From: Octopus vulgaris | Lineage: Eukaryota | DNA: 64,000 bases | NCBI GenBank assembly: GCA_951406725.2 | Contig: OX597830.1 | Coordinates: 58,218,001-58,282,000 of the forward strand | Reading direction: 5' to 3' | Shown here: in pieces, positions 1 through 49,526 of the stretch | Layout of the letters: each line of letters begins with the position of its first letter | Numbering within the stretch: position 1 is the first letter of the stretch | Notes under the pieces: model-generated | What the model was told of the DNA's origin: nothing | Database searches by the model: none | Seen by the model: the letters and a program-made list of their open reading frames with translations, nothing else | Translations under genes and position numbers: made by a program

Positions 1-673
1 GATTGACGGAGATAAGGGTTTACACATTTTGTCAACGTGGAGAATTCTTCGCGCTAGAAATGTACGCTTTTATCGTTCTTGTGAGTCGAAACATTTGTCT
101 ATGTCCCCTAACATAAAAATCGAAATACTGAAATAACATACTGCTTCTTTATAACAAAGGAATATATATATATATATATATAATAAGTAAAAAAACTAAA
201 GACAAAAAAGGAATGTGATAAAGTTTTGACCCAAAGTTTGGATATTTAGGGAAACTCACCGCTACACAGGGAAGACAAACCTTTAAAAATCATATTTATA
301 CGCATGCAACAGACACATATACACAAACATGTTCACCTTTATATACACACAACATCTCTCCTAAACACACACGCATGCACACGCGAACACAGAAACCTAT
401 TTAGTCAGGAAAAACATTAAATAACTCACCATAAAATGTAATTATTTGTTATCAGAAGTTAAACGAGGATTAAAAAGAAAAAATATTGGAAAAACACGAA
501 TTATTCTTCTATTTGGCGTTTATGAAAGATTCTCATTTTAGAATCATGTTGTTATATCCACCACGTTATAATATTCTACCCCACTCGACATGAATGTGTC
601 GAGCATACTTTGTCTTGCTGTTGCATCTTCACACACAAAATGTTCCCAAACTTATCACTAAATTTGTTTGGTT

Positions 674-1858
<1,185 letters not shown>

Positions 1859-2941
1859 CAGATAATGAAAATAAAGTAACCATGGCCTTACAGTATACAG
1901 TGCTCAGGTGAGCTGCAGCTCATCAGAAAAATACCTGAATGTATTCTATTTCCCGAGTCATTTCTATTATTATTGTTCACACTGTTGTCATTAAATTGCA
2001 TTATTGATGTTGTGCTAATTGCTGCCGTTAAATCGTGATCTTCTGTTACATTTGTGACTCGTTGTCTTCGCAGAATCATTGTCTTGTTTGTTTCTTGCTT
2101 TTTTCTACTTTTTTCAAGATATTTTCCTCTAAGAATGCGAAAGGTTTGCACAAAGCTTGCATTTGATCTCATTAGCAACACACTCTTCATTTCTACTCGT
2201 TCTACAATCTCCACTAAAGATCGATCGTAATTCAATTAATGAGTCTTGACAATATTTATCTAATCAGTTTGATTTTAAAACTGTCATCAATTGATTGATT
2301 GTTAAACTTCATTGATGTCTAATTGTACCGATTGGGGTTTGTATCCTTCGATCATTATTGTATGGTTGTATTCTTCCATTTCCTTACAGAGCCCAGGGTT
2401 TACTCCTGGTCACATAAGTTTCGGTTCGAGTCGACCACAAACTTTTAACACTTCTGCCACAATAGTTTGAACCATTTTCCTTGGTGTCTGGGTTCCGAAA
2501 GTATCGGCTTTTCGAATTTGTTGTGTAATTTTGCCAGTTTAATGCCATTAATTAGGCCTACCCAAACGCCAATCCTCCCCGCCTCGCCGCAGTTTTTGTT
2601 CCCTCATAACTTTCAGGAAAAAAATGGGATGATTTTCTATGAAATTTCCGACATTCAGATTTTCTACATTCAGATGCTGAAGATTACGAGTGAATCAGAA
2701 TTTAATGAGTAAAATAAATAAATAAACAAACAAATAAATTGCTTCCTGCGCAACGTACTGACACATTTATATATTTTTCAAAGGTTCAGTTTCTTTAGTT
2801 GTAGATAAATGTATGTGATATACGTCAGTGTGTACGTATGCGTGTCCAGCAGTTATTATTAGTAAAATAAATCATCATCATCATCATCATTACCAACAAC
2901 AACAACATCATCATCATCATCACCATCATCACCATCATCAC

Positions 2942-3019
<78 letters not shown>

Positions 3020-3339
3020 CGAGTGAGAGAGCTGCGTATACCATCAAAGAGACACTGAGGTAAAATATACGGGGCCCAGTATACCCATCATGACTACCTG
3101 TCTGATAAGGGTACACTAGGCACATGCATCACAACCATATGTGCGCGACATGGTGATCTCATATCAAAATAAACAGCGCATGATCCTTGCAGGTGGGGCC
3201 CAGTTAGAATTTTCTTAAGGTCGAGTAGCCCATCCCGCTCAAATGGTCCTTGAATAAGGGTTGTTTAAAGTTGTTGAATGAAACACCCATGTTTCCAGAG
3301 GTGAATTATTAAAACCCCAAAGAATCCCCCCCAACACAT

Positions 3340-3566
3340 GGCGAGCTGGCAGAAAGGTTAGCACGCCGGGCGAAATGCGTAGCCGTATTTCGTCTGTCGT
3401 TACGTTCTGAGTTCAAATTCCGCCGAGGTCGACTTTGCTCTTCATCCTTTCGGGGTCGATAAATTAAGTACCAGTTGCGCACTGGGGTCGATGTAATCGA
3501 CTTAATACTCTTGTCTGTCCTTGTTTGTCCCCCTATGTTTAGCTCCTTGTAGGTAATAAAGAAATA
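3340..3566 (+). mobile_element. SINE family A copy with Tx1-like tail, nested in the repeat at 3020-3808
   Basis: ggcgagctggcagaa head, B box gagttcaaattcc, tail ending gtaataaagaaat. Confidence 0.85.
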
Positions 3567-3955
3567 TATATGATGCTCCCCCTCTACTTCTGTTCGTGAT
3601 AAGAGATGCACATATCGTCAGCCACCAAGGGACATGCTCAACTGGTTACGGTCAAACAACTGACAAGCAAATCTGTGGTATTGAGCAGAATATTTGCTGT
3701 AGCCCATCTTTTATACCAAGACAAAACAATGTACATGATAACACTTCCAATCAGTTAAGATCAGAAGCCATGAGAGCCACTGTCTGCTACACTGCATCAG
3801 GGCATTTATCATCATCATCATCATTATTATTATCACTATTATTATTATTCAACAGTTGAATAATATTCAGGCGTAGCTAGAATTTGTGTCGCCCGCAGCA
3901 AACCGCCCCAGTTCGGCTCCTCTAGCTACGCTAGCTAGAGCTTCTACTGCGTCAC

Positions 3956-4345
3956 CAGCCGTGCCTCGTTGTACGAGTAATTTGCTGTACGAGCCGAGAC
4001 TCGTGCGAATTTTTGTCTTCAAGTACGAGCGGAAATCCGCAGAACGAACAAGTGTCATACAAGAACACAAATCGTCCCATCTTGAAGGTAATTCAGTTAA
4101 TAAAACCAGTTTATGTATTTCTTTTGCATTCTCTTTTTTTATAATTATCATGTTACTTGTAACAACATCGTTTCTGTTTTAAAACCCATAGAATTTTTTT
4201 TTTTTTTTTGAGTGGCTTTTAGGGTCTGGAACGGATTAATTATATTTTAGTTAATCTCAATGCGGAGAAATTGATTTGTAAAACGAGTAAATCGTAAGAC
4301 GAGCTCGGTTATGGAACAAATTAAATTCCGACTGCGAGGCATTTA
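3956..4345. mobile_element. Tigger/pogo-like MITE
   Basis: cagccgtgcctcg..tacgag start and cgaggca end. Confidence 0.5.
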
Positions 4346-4591
4346 TAACTTCATTAATAGAGTTATATAACATAATTGGTCGCTAACATTTAATGATTAC
4401 ATTGCCTTTGTGACAATATTTCATAATAATGATTCCTTTTTCATTAGATGGGTTTGCATCTATCATGGAACTTTATCTATCAGTTTTGAACAGGTCCTTT
4501 CTATGACGAAACAAAAATATTTACGAAATTTGATTAATGCAGGGGAGATAACTAATGTATACTTACATCTCTTATTTCCCTTATCAATTGT

Positions 4592-4660
<69 letters not shown>

Positions 4661-4662
4661 CA

Positions 4663-5025
4663 TTGTGTACAGTGCTCAGGTGCACTACAACTCATCGAAA
4701 GTGTATATATAATCAGGTGTAGTTTCGACGGATTTCGGAAAGCATGAGGGCCTTAAAGGATGCAGTGTCATGGCAGTCAACAACTGACGCAGGCAGTTTA
4801 TTCCATGCTTCAGCAACTCTGAGCATGAAAAAATGTTTCCGAAAGTCATGGGAGCTGTGTTGTTTTCTGACTTTGTAGGCATGTCCACGTGTGTTGGACA
4901 CATGGAGATCAAAAAGGTGTTCAGTGTTGTTATTGGTGAGGTGGTTGACAACTTTGTGGGCGTTTACCAAGTCCGTCGCCAGACGCCGGAACTTCAGTGA
5001 ATCCATGCCCAGGATATACGTGAAA
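4663..5025 (-). mobile_element. CR1-clade LINE 3' end
   Basis: ORF 4713..5039 has SLxxRR, TRGHxYK, RKHFFxxRV..WNKLP. It is followed by an (ATT)n tail. Confidence 0.88.
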
Positions 5026-5877
5026 AGATCATTTTGCAATTTTCTAAATATAGGAATATGATAAACTCGCGAAAGCGCGTGCGAACACGTACATGGATTC
5101 CCACATGTATGCGTGCGCGTGTGTGTGATCGCTGTCCACTCGTGACCGAAAAAGACCGTCGCTGACCCTTAAAGAACATTCTGCATTCAGACATTTGTTG
5201 TTCCGCTGGCGATAAATGAGCCCAGCTCTGGATAGACGCATAGGCTGGGGAACAGGGCTTGAGGGGTTACAAACGACCCCACACCAACTGAAAAACTGGG
5301 TTTGCACACGTCTGCATTTATTGCACCCCAAACTCGCCCCATTCGTTTCACTAGTGGTGCGTTTTTGAGCAGCTCGATTAAGTTCGGCATGAAAACTACC
5401 CGTTTCTTCAAAGATACCCAATCAGTCCATTTATATCTACAACCTCCATAACCTCTGGGACAAGATGAAGTGTGACTTTCATTCTTCTGTCTTTATTCTT
5501 CTATCAAATGTTTTCTTCTATTATACATTGTGAATTCTCCGTGTGGAACTTACCTGCATACAGAAAAGCCAGTGTAAGGAAAAGCCAGTGTATGGAGATG
5601 TCGACCCATCACCAGCGATATCTCAGAAGCAGCTGTAAGGCATTAATTACTTCTACTTTAATTACTCTAATTAAATATTCTAAATGACCCGAGATACTCG
5701 TCCTGCCTTGGTTTTTGCTTTCCTTTGGTTTCATATATCCATCGGAAGCCTACTACAGATCCCTAGCTCCAGCCTCAGCTCTGAGCTTGAGACCTAACGG
5801 AAAATCAATTATAGCACTTGCGCAGCGTACCTATTCGTTTAGATCACCAGAGGACTAAACCCTTGATATTGTTTGTG

Positions 5878-6849
<972 letters not shown>

Positions 6850-6929
<80 letters not shown>

Positions 6930-6950
6930 GATAGATGGATGGATGGATGG

Positions 6951-6981
<31 letters not shown>

Positions 6982-7008
6982 TAGATAGATAGATGGATGG
7001 ATAGATGG

Positions 7009-7039
<31 letters not shown>

Positions 7040-7135
7040 TAGATGGATGGATGGATGGATGGATGGATAGATAGATAGATAGAGAGAGAGAGATAGATAG
7101 ATAGATGGATGGATAGATGGATAGATAGATAGATG

Positions 7136-7194
<59 letters not shown>

Positions 7195-7205
7195 GGATAG
7201 ATGAT

Positions 7206-7276
<71 letters not shown>

Positions 7277-7324
7277 GGATGGATGGATAGATGGATAGAA
7301 AGATAGATGGATAGATGGATAGAT
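6850..7324. repeat. (GATA/GATG)n array
   Basis: Direct inspection. Similar arrays at 20108-20364 and 49125-49470. Confidence 0.97.
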
Positions 7325-7747
7325 TTCGGGACGGTCATTTTTGTCTTTGTCAAATAAACACACGCACTATATGATCGTTTTTCACTTCAGCTTTATTATT
7401 GTCTCAAGAGATAAAATGGAACGGTTAAGGTGAAAATCGAAACCGTATTGTTTGTATCTTTTGCTCAACATTGCTCTCTTTGAGAAGTTTATGTATTTAT
7501 ATTTCATTCTGGCAATAAGTCACAGATTCAGGGTGAAAACTAAGTGATGTGGTGAAGTTCATGCTTTTCTCAAGATCCCAAGCGACGTTGTTGTTGTTGT
7601 TGTCATCGTCGTTTAACCCCTGGTTAACCCTTGAGATCCTGCAGGCTATGATCAAAGATGTTTCAGCTGTGACCATCGTGTACTTTTTTCTATATCTAGA
7701 AAACTTCCCTTATCTCTCTCTCCCTCCCTCCCCCCTCTCTCTGTCAT

Positions 7748-8066
7748 GATGCGTGGCTTAGTGGTTAGGGTATTCGGCTCACGGCCGTAAGATCGCGAGT
7801 TCGAATCCTGGCGGTGCGTTATGTCCTTGAGCAAGACACTTTATTTCACGTTGCTCCAGTCCACTCACCTGGCAGAAATGAGTTGTACCTGTAATTCAAA
7901 GACCCAGCTTTGTCATATTCTGTCTCGCACTGAATCTCCCTCAGAACTACGCTAAGGGTACGCATGTCTGTGGAGTACTCAGCCACGTGCACATTAATTT
8001 CCCAAGCAGGCCGTTTCGCTACTCTGATCAAGCGGGACACTCGTCATTGTAACCGACGGAAGACCA
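7748..8066 (+). mobile_element. tRNA-derived SINE family B (partial copies at 24010-24137 and 52770-52868)
   Basis: A box tggcttagtgg, B box gagttcgaatcc, CORE-like tgtccttgagcaagacacttt. Confidence 0.82.
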
Positions 8067-8399
8067 GCTTTTCTGTCAGTCCTTTCTCTTTTAAGACGGT
8101 AGGGTGTAGTCTGAAGGTTCTTGGCTGCTTGTTCTAGCAGATCGAGAGACTACATAGAATGCTCTATCACTGACCCGTCACAAGCCGTGGATTAGTAAGG
8201 AAACATGTAACTGAAACCGCCGCCTCGGGTGATTCTCAGTGACATAAAAGATGAAGACTAGGAACGGTCCTCAGGCAATTCTGTCAAACTTTTACGTCAG
8301 AAACATTTCTGGTATTTGGAAATATATTTCATAAAATAAAATTTAAAAAAAAAATTTTAATTAAAAACAGGAAAAAGGTTCTGAACATTTCAATTTAAC

Positions 8400-8618
8400 A
8401 TTATTTACATTTGACGGATATTTGTCCTCATCTTGTTTATTGTTAACACAACGTTTCAGCTGATATACACTCCAGCCTTCTTCAGATGTCTTGGGGAAAT
8501 TTCGAACCTGGGTTCTCATACCTAAGGTATTTTTCGATGTTGTTGTTGTTATTCAGGCCACTACCTGGAATCGAACGCGGAATCTTGGGGTTAGTAGCCC
8601 ACGCTCTTAAACAATATG
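8400..8618 (-). mobile_element. Second copy of the tRNA-headed hammerhead element (head slightly truncated)
   Basis: Colinear with 12020-12275. A matching tail fragment lies on + at about 9210-9245. Confidence 0.78.
8445..8490 (-). ncRNA. Minimal type I hammerhead ribozyme motif in a tRNA-headed element
   Basis: GACAT-CTGAAGA-A-GGCTG..CAGCT-GAAA-CG-TT-GTGTT; ACGT palindrome replaces stem III. Confidence 0.7.
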
Positions 8619-9496
8619 TACAAGTTTTTTTTAATTTAATTTCTTTTATTCTTTTATGTTTTTGAATGCCAATTGCTTTGCTAATTAAAGCTCTTTTTTC
8701 TCTTGGGAATCTTGCCAATATGTCATTCATAAATAATTAGTATTTCTGAGATTTTCATAATTCATTTATTTCTTCTGTTTTTCTTTTTCTTTTTTTTTTC
8801 ACAGAGTTATATGGATAAAGACAATAATACGGGATGTTGTTTGTGCATTTCTTCAGAGCAATAAATGAATAACTTTGTCAGGTGTTGTTGTAGAGGTTGT
8901 TTTCGGTCCCAAATTAATTTTTAGATTTTTAATTTGTTCATGATTTTTGTGATAATGGAGAATCGAACTAAATGCAATTCGTTGCCACTAACTTATCGCC
9001 CTTCTTACTACGCTCTCCTTTGCGGACGACAGACTCGCTACCATTGTTGAGATCTTATCGGTCACGCTTACATTTTGCTACAACATCCTTTGCGTGGATG
9101 TTTTCCTGTTATGAATACAATTTCATTTAACACTATCACCACATTGGGAAATTTGTGCTTTCTATCACCGTCTACAATTTTGTTCTAATTGTTTTCAAAT
9201 TCGGTATATGTACATGATTCCTCATCTCTTAATTATAGAACTGTATTAATAAATGTTTGTTTTAAACAAATGTTTTGACCGTTGTTTCTAGCAACTCCTG
9301 TTTGTTCGTAGCTTTTCAATATTTAATTTGCTTGCGAATGTTTTCATGTTTTTCACTACTTACTGTAGCTAGTTTAATGTTTTGACATGTCGATGCCCAC
9401 CACCACCGATGGTGGAAGCGACAGTGAACGCGTTGTTTTCTGAAAATTATCAAAATTTCAACACCTGTAATATTTTTACAAAATTTTTCTGGAATA

Positions 9497-9666
9497 GGCG
9501 CAGGAGTGGCAGTGTGGTAAGTAGCTTGTTTACCAACCACATGGTTCCGGGTTCAGTCCCACTGCGTGGCAGCTTGCGCAAGTGTCTTCTACTATAGCCT
9601 CGGGCCGACAAAAGCCTTGTGAGTGGATTGGGTAGACGGAAACTGAAAGAAGCCCGTCGTATATAA

Positions 9667-9720
<54 letters not shown>

Positions 9721-9900
9721 GCTGGTGTGTTTATGTCCCCGTTACTTAGCGGTTCGGCTAAAGAGACCGATAGAATAAGTACTGGGCTTACAAAAGAATA
9801 AGTCCCGGGGTCGAGTTGCTCGATTAAAGGCGGTGCTCAAGCATGGCCGCAGTCAAATGACTGAAACAAGTAAAAGAGTAAAAGAGAGAGTAAAGAGAAT
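9497..9900 (+). mobile_element. tRNA-derived SINE family C with an internal (TA)n tract
   Basis: tggcagtgtggtaag head, gggttcagtccc B box, tail gcatggccgcagtcaaatgactgaaac. Tail fragments at 19515-19570, 39925-40070 and 40560-40740. Confidence 0.85.
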
Positions 9901-11513
9901 AAATGAATAACAAATTCGGATTCACCGTCAAAAATGACATCCATTTTTTTTTATAGATAATTATAAACGGAGGAAAACCACAAAGATCCGCACAGAACAG
10001 ATCCCCCCCACCCCACCGCATTGTTTACTGTGTCCTCTTCAATAAGGATCTGGTTGGGTTGGTGGCTCGTGTTGGTCGACCACATGGTCACAGCAGGGGA
10101 CTGACTGGGACCCTGCCCAACGGGTCGCCTGCGAAGACTTGAGAATAAATGGTAAATGCAAAAACGTGTTGCAACGGTGCATGCCCTCACATCTGATCAG
10201 ACCAGACCACATTGCTCGGATTTTTCACTGATCACACACAAATGAAAGACCATCTTTGATTCTACATTCGATGATTATCTCTCATGAACGTCTGCGTTTT
10301 ATTTCCAGTCTTCTCACATTGTAAAAGACTTGGTTTTCGGATGACTCCCCAAAACAATTAGCGTTGTGGCAAGGTTCTTTGTTCTCACAACAAAACCGAG
10401 AATAAAATGAAAAGAAAATTTTGCCATTTTTCATTCGTGACACGACTTGGAATCCTCACAGATTCGACGACAGCAGAATTACAACAAACGGAATAAATCG
10501 GCTGATGCTGTCTTCATCGTATATTCTTTGCCCTCTACGCGAACACTCGACCAAGTTCTCACGAACCCATACACCGTAGCTACCGTTTTTAATACACTGG
10601 ACAATGTAGTCACACACACACACACTATTACACATATATTTCATATATTCGTTAATTATTTAACGAATATAATTATTCAATTGTTTAATTGCGTAATTCA
10701 TTATTATTATTTTCGTGTAAATTATTACGTTTCTGGATAAAATTAAAAAACTTTATATAAAGGACCTTTGCTTTCCAGACATCTACTCACGTCGTTGCAT
10801 TTGATAATACTTTGGAACAACCATTACGCCATCGTTTAAATAAAGATGAACTGTTGGATAATCAAGGTGAAGTAATTAAAGACTTATTTGTTCAAATTTT
10901 GTTGATCTTTTTTTATCAAAGTGAGCCAGACCAATTAAAACCCGTCGCTCGTATAACATTCACCTATGTTGACAAATATGTATGTTCTAACGCAACACCT
11001 ACTTTTAAGAGGTGATAAATATTACCTTTTGATATTAACACAGACTAATCCGCTTTCGCCATCGATCCCTGTTCATCGCAAGCTCATAAAGTGTAATTTT
11101 ACGTCTGGCTAGGTCCGCGTTAACTTGCAAAATGAACGTCTTTCTCAAAATTCCTTCAGCTTCTTATGGTTCTGTAATTCAAAAGAGCGACCCCTGATAT
11201 ATTTGAAATTCTCAAAGCGTGTCCAAAAACAAAAAATTATTTGCTTGAACTTTAATATGCTATCAGCTGTGAAAGTCTGTATTCTTGCAATTAGCCATTT
11301 GTTATTTTTTCTGGGAAATCGACTCCAAGAGAAATTCGCAAGAGGGCGATATCCAGTGTTTATCTATTCCACAAGTGTTTCTGTTATTGTTCTGGCCTCA
11401 CTGGTACAGAACAGAACTACTAACTTTGCAAAGTAACATTGGCATTGACTGAACAATCCCAAATAAATTGTTTGCACGCTGCTGGCCGTGCTAACTGGCA
11501 TCTTTGTCTAAAA

Positions 11514-11585
11514 CAGGGATTCTCAACTGAAGTCTATATGGCCATAGGCAATAAATCAGTTTTACTTCTACAATACACAAAATAT

Positions 11586-11629
<44 letters not shown>

Positions 11630-11758
11630 TATTCCTAGTAATATCTAAATATATACTGTAAGATTTTTTAAAAATATCTATTGAATGGCTATGGAAGTCC
11701 AGTAGAGTAAGATAGAAATGGAAGGGGTCCAAAGGCAAACAATGGTTGAGAACCATTG
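11514..11758. mobile_element. hAT-type MITE
   Basis: TIRs cagggattctcaac / gttgagaaccattg; perfect 8-bp TSD gtctaaaa. Confidence 0.88.
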
Positions 11759-11994
11759 GTCTAAAAGAATTTGTGGAGAAGAGACGTAGAAAGAGAGTCA
11801 TAACTTTGTTTCTCCGATGTACGGTCAGATGCTCGCCATGTCGGATGTTGTCAGAGATACGCAACATTAAATCTGTCGGCCATGTTACGTTGTAGACAAT
11901 TGAATCCTTGATGTTCAAATCAACAACAAATAGTATTCTGCTTTTTACATCAGTGATTTTTTTTTTGTCAAATTTTGCAAATGTAGATTTGAAA

Positions 11995-12173
11995 ATTTAT
12001 TTACATTATTTACATTATTTACATTTGACGGGTATTTGTCCTCATCTTTTTTGTTGTTAACACAGCGTTTCGGCTGATATACGCTCCAGCCTTCATCAGG
12101 TGTCTTTGGAAATTTCGAACCTGGGTTCTGATGTCTGAGGTATCTTTCGATGTTGTTGTTGTTGTTATTATTA

Positions 12174-12216
<43 letters not shown>

Positions 12217-12405
12217 AGTTACTGCCTGGAATCGAACTCGGAATCTTGTGGTTAGTAGCCCGCGCTCTTAACCACTATGCCATATGCCTGTGGGCATATC
12301 AGCCGAAACGTTGTGTTGACAACAAACAAGATGAGGACAAATATCCGTCAAATGCAAATAATGTAAATAATGTACATAATTCCTCATCTCTTAAATATGG
12401 AACTC
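11995..12405 (-). mobile_element. tRNA-headed SINE-like element with 3' hammerhead and an inverted copy of its 3' end
   Basis: A box TGGCATAGTGG and B box GAGTTCGATTCC at 12288-12218. Inverted tail on + at 12296-12405. Confidence 0.8.
12059..12104 (-). ncRNA. Minimal type I hammerhead motif (U16.1 mutated to C) in a tRNA-headed element
   Basis: GACAC-CTGATGA-A-GGCTG(gagcgtatat)CAGCC-GAAA-CG-CT-GTGTT; 5-bp stems I and II. Confidence 0.72.
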
Positions 12406-12584
12406 TGGAAATTTAGATCTGGACATTTTTTTTTTCTAACATTGCATCAGTTTTCTTCTTGTCGAGACAAACGCATTTCATAATCCAGAAAAATGTGTGG
12501 GTGAGGTGCAAATGGATCTCCTTGTGATACGTCTGAATACGTGCTACCAAGAGGGCAGAGATAAGCATTTCCGGAATGCGCATG

Positions 12585-12641
<57 letters not shown>

Positions 12642-12780
12642 GCACACACACACACACACACACGCACGCACGCACGCACACACACACACACACACACACG
12701 CGCACGCACATTTATCAAGACGTTTGCAATCTGTTTAGCCTCAAATGAAATGCTGAACTCGAATTCGTGTCTTCATGAAA

Positions 12781-46503
<33,723 letters not shown>

Positions 46504-46808
46504 CTGTAACAGATAAATGATGTTTTTATATGAGTGTGTGTGTGCGTGTGTTTGTTTGTTTGTGTGTCAATGTGGGTGTACACACACACACACAAGTATA
46601 TGTCGTAAAGAAATAAGATTGAAGAACTATGATCATACGATATTTCATTCACTTATGTATGTTTCCCTTTGTTTTATATATATATATCGAAATTGCGAAG
46701 ATGATCTGGTTCTTGACTGATGACTGAGAGCTTCGAAAGTCCAGTCTGTGTGTTTTTTTGTCGTCTTCTAAATGGTTCACGTTCTTGTCCCAGTTTGTGT
46801 TTTTTAAC

Positions 46809-46880
<72 letters not shown>

Positions 46881-47121
46881 TACTTACATCTATCTATCTA
46901 TGTATTTATGTATCTATCTATCTATTTCGAAACACGGATTAGATAAAACAGGGGACAACTGATGAAGGGAATGTTCTTTATGTTGCCTGTCTCGTTTCAC
47001 TGTTTGTTTTTGTTTGTTTTGTATAATTTTGTTTTTTATGTTTTCGTTTCTCATTGTATCTACATTTTTTTTATCTCCTGTATCCATATATGCATGTATA
47101 TATACATACACACACACACAC

Positions 47122-47221
<100 letters not shown>

Positions 47222-47511
47222 ATACATGTATGTATATATTTATATATTATTTATATTATGTATGTTTGTATGATTGTGTATAGAGGAATATATTATTAAT
47301 CAATGAAATGCCGATTAAGTCTGATTTATATATTTCATTATTTGCAATTTTTGCAATTTTACGATGTTGAAATAAACTAGGACTTTCATGCGTTGCGCAA
47401 TCGTCAGGTTTATGTAGGGGCAGTCGTGTTCCACACATTACACGCACGTGTGTGAGTGTGTGTGTGTGTGTATTTGGTGTGTGTGTGTGTGTGTGTATTT
47501 GTGTGTGTGTG

Positions 47512-47577
<66 letters not shown>

Positions 47578-47782
47578 CGTGCGTGTGTAGCGTTCCTGCC
47601 CGTAGTGTCCATGACCTGTAACAATTCAAAATGTACATCAACCACACTAACCATTTCCCGTCATTGCTATTTCCCCGCCTCGAAATATTTGACAAATTTC
47701 TAGGCATCGCCATGTTTACCAAAGACTCCCTGAAAATAAACACACATCAAACAAAGCTAATAAAGTGTGTGTGTGTATATAA

Positions 47783-47858
<76 letters not shown>

Positions 47859-48204
47859 ACAGTGACTATATTATTGATATATATATATATATGTATATGT
47901 ATATATCAGAACTGTCCAGCGAACACCGACCAAAAGTCATCACAGTTACTCAAGGTAAAATCTAAAATGAATTCCTCGCTCTTTCAGGAACATCAATTTT
48001 TTATATTGACTGCATATCACCACTTTGAACTATTTTTTATATTGAATGCATATCACCACTATGAACCACTGCATCACACTCTTTAAACATATAGCATGAA
48101 CGAACTCACTTCACTATATATGAACTTTTGATGTCTGACTCTATTGTATATTATAAATGAATTTTTTATATTTGATAGCATGAACTATCTTTTTTTATAT
48201 ATAA

Positions 48205-48252
48205 CTTTTTTGATAAGGTTCATCATTTCAAGAACCGAAACATGTTATAATG
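48205..48252 (+). ncRNA. Hammerhead-like motif with U3-A8 core and weak stem I
   Basis: TTGATAA-GGTTC(atcatttcaa)GAACC-GAAA-CATG-TT. Confidence 0.55.
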
Positions 48253-48346
48253 TATATATAAAAATTAAAAATTAGTCTAATATAGCAGCATTTTCGAACT
48301 TCATTTTTTACAAATATATACCCACTCGTATACGAGCTAATCTTAT

Positions 48347-48423
<77 letters not shown>

Positions 48424-48439
48424 ACAGCGACTATATTAT

Positions 48440-48481
<42 letters not shown>

Positions 48482-48495
48482 TATATACTATATAT

Positions 48496-48596
<101 letters not shown>

Positions 48597-49126
48597 AAGT
48601 TTGGTTTAAACTAGATCTTTAACTTGTATATAAGTGTGAATATTAGTATATGCCCCGTGAATACGTTGTGTTGGTATGGTATCTGTAAATGTTTATAAGG
48701 ATGTACTTTCAGTTATGTCATGGTGAGGACGGTAAAGTGGTATTACATCACTAAATCAGAAATCGACCTAGGGCTAAACTTTTTCAAAAAATCTTTTTCG
48801 TTCACTCCCTCGCTTTCAGTGTGTGTCTATGTGATAGATAAAGTAGTTTAGAGCCATTTTGTGTCCTCTTCTAGCATGTGGCATTACTTGGTAGTTGTCC
48901 TTATTAGAATTTTCTAATTATATTCATTAAATTATATACTTTATGTGTGTGTGGGGGGGGGGGGGATACCTACTTACAACCACCTTACATGTTTACTATG
49001 GAGAAATATATCATAGTTAACACTTATATAAAAAAACCGCAATAAACATTATGTAACACTTAAACTCACTCTTCTCACGCACACACACGAACGTGTATGT
49101 ATGTATATATATATATAGAGAGAGAG

Positions 49127-49211
<85 letters not shown>

Positions 49212-49224
49212 TGATGGATGGATG

Positions 49225-49312
<88 letters not shown>

Positions 49313-49329
49313 TGCTTGTATGTGTGTAA

Positions 49330-49363
<34 letters not shown>

Positions 49364-49486
49364 CATATACATGCATACAAACTCACACAGACAAACAGAC
49401 AGACTGACAGAAAGACAGACAGACCGAAGGACAGATAGATAGATGGATAGATAGATAGATAGATAAATAGATAAACATAAGTATAT

Positions 49487-49526
<40 letters not shown>

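Noticed and set aside
8620-9210. Possible Penelope ORF remnant next to the tRNA-headed element (NLGPK-like string)
   Set aside because: Too short and interrupted to assign by eye; needs a TBLASTN/BLASTX search.
7748-12288. tRNA-like sequences at 7748, 8560-8618, 9497 and 12218-12288 as tRNA genes
   Set aside because: They lack a proper acceptor stem and continue into repeated SINE bodies.
46710-46750. CTGATGA...GAAAGTC hammerhead candidate between TA tracts
   Set aside because: Stems I and II cannot be paired convincingly; at most a decayed copy.
47600-47730. Candidate first coding exon (MAMPRNLS...WLVWLMYIL) after a good acceptor
   Set aside because: No phase-1 donor and no convincing signal peptide; cannot be supported without RNA data.
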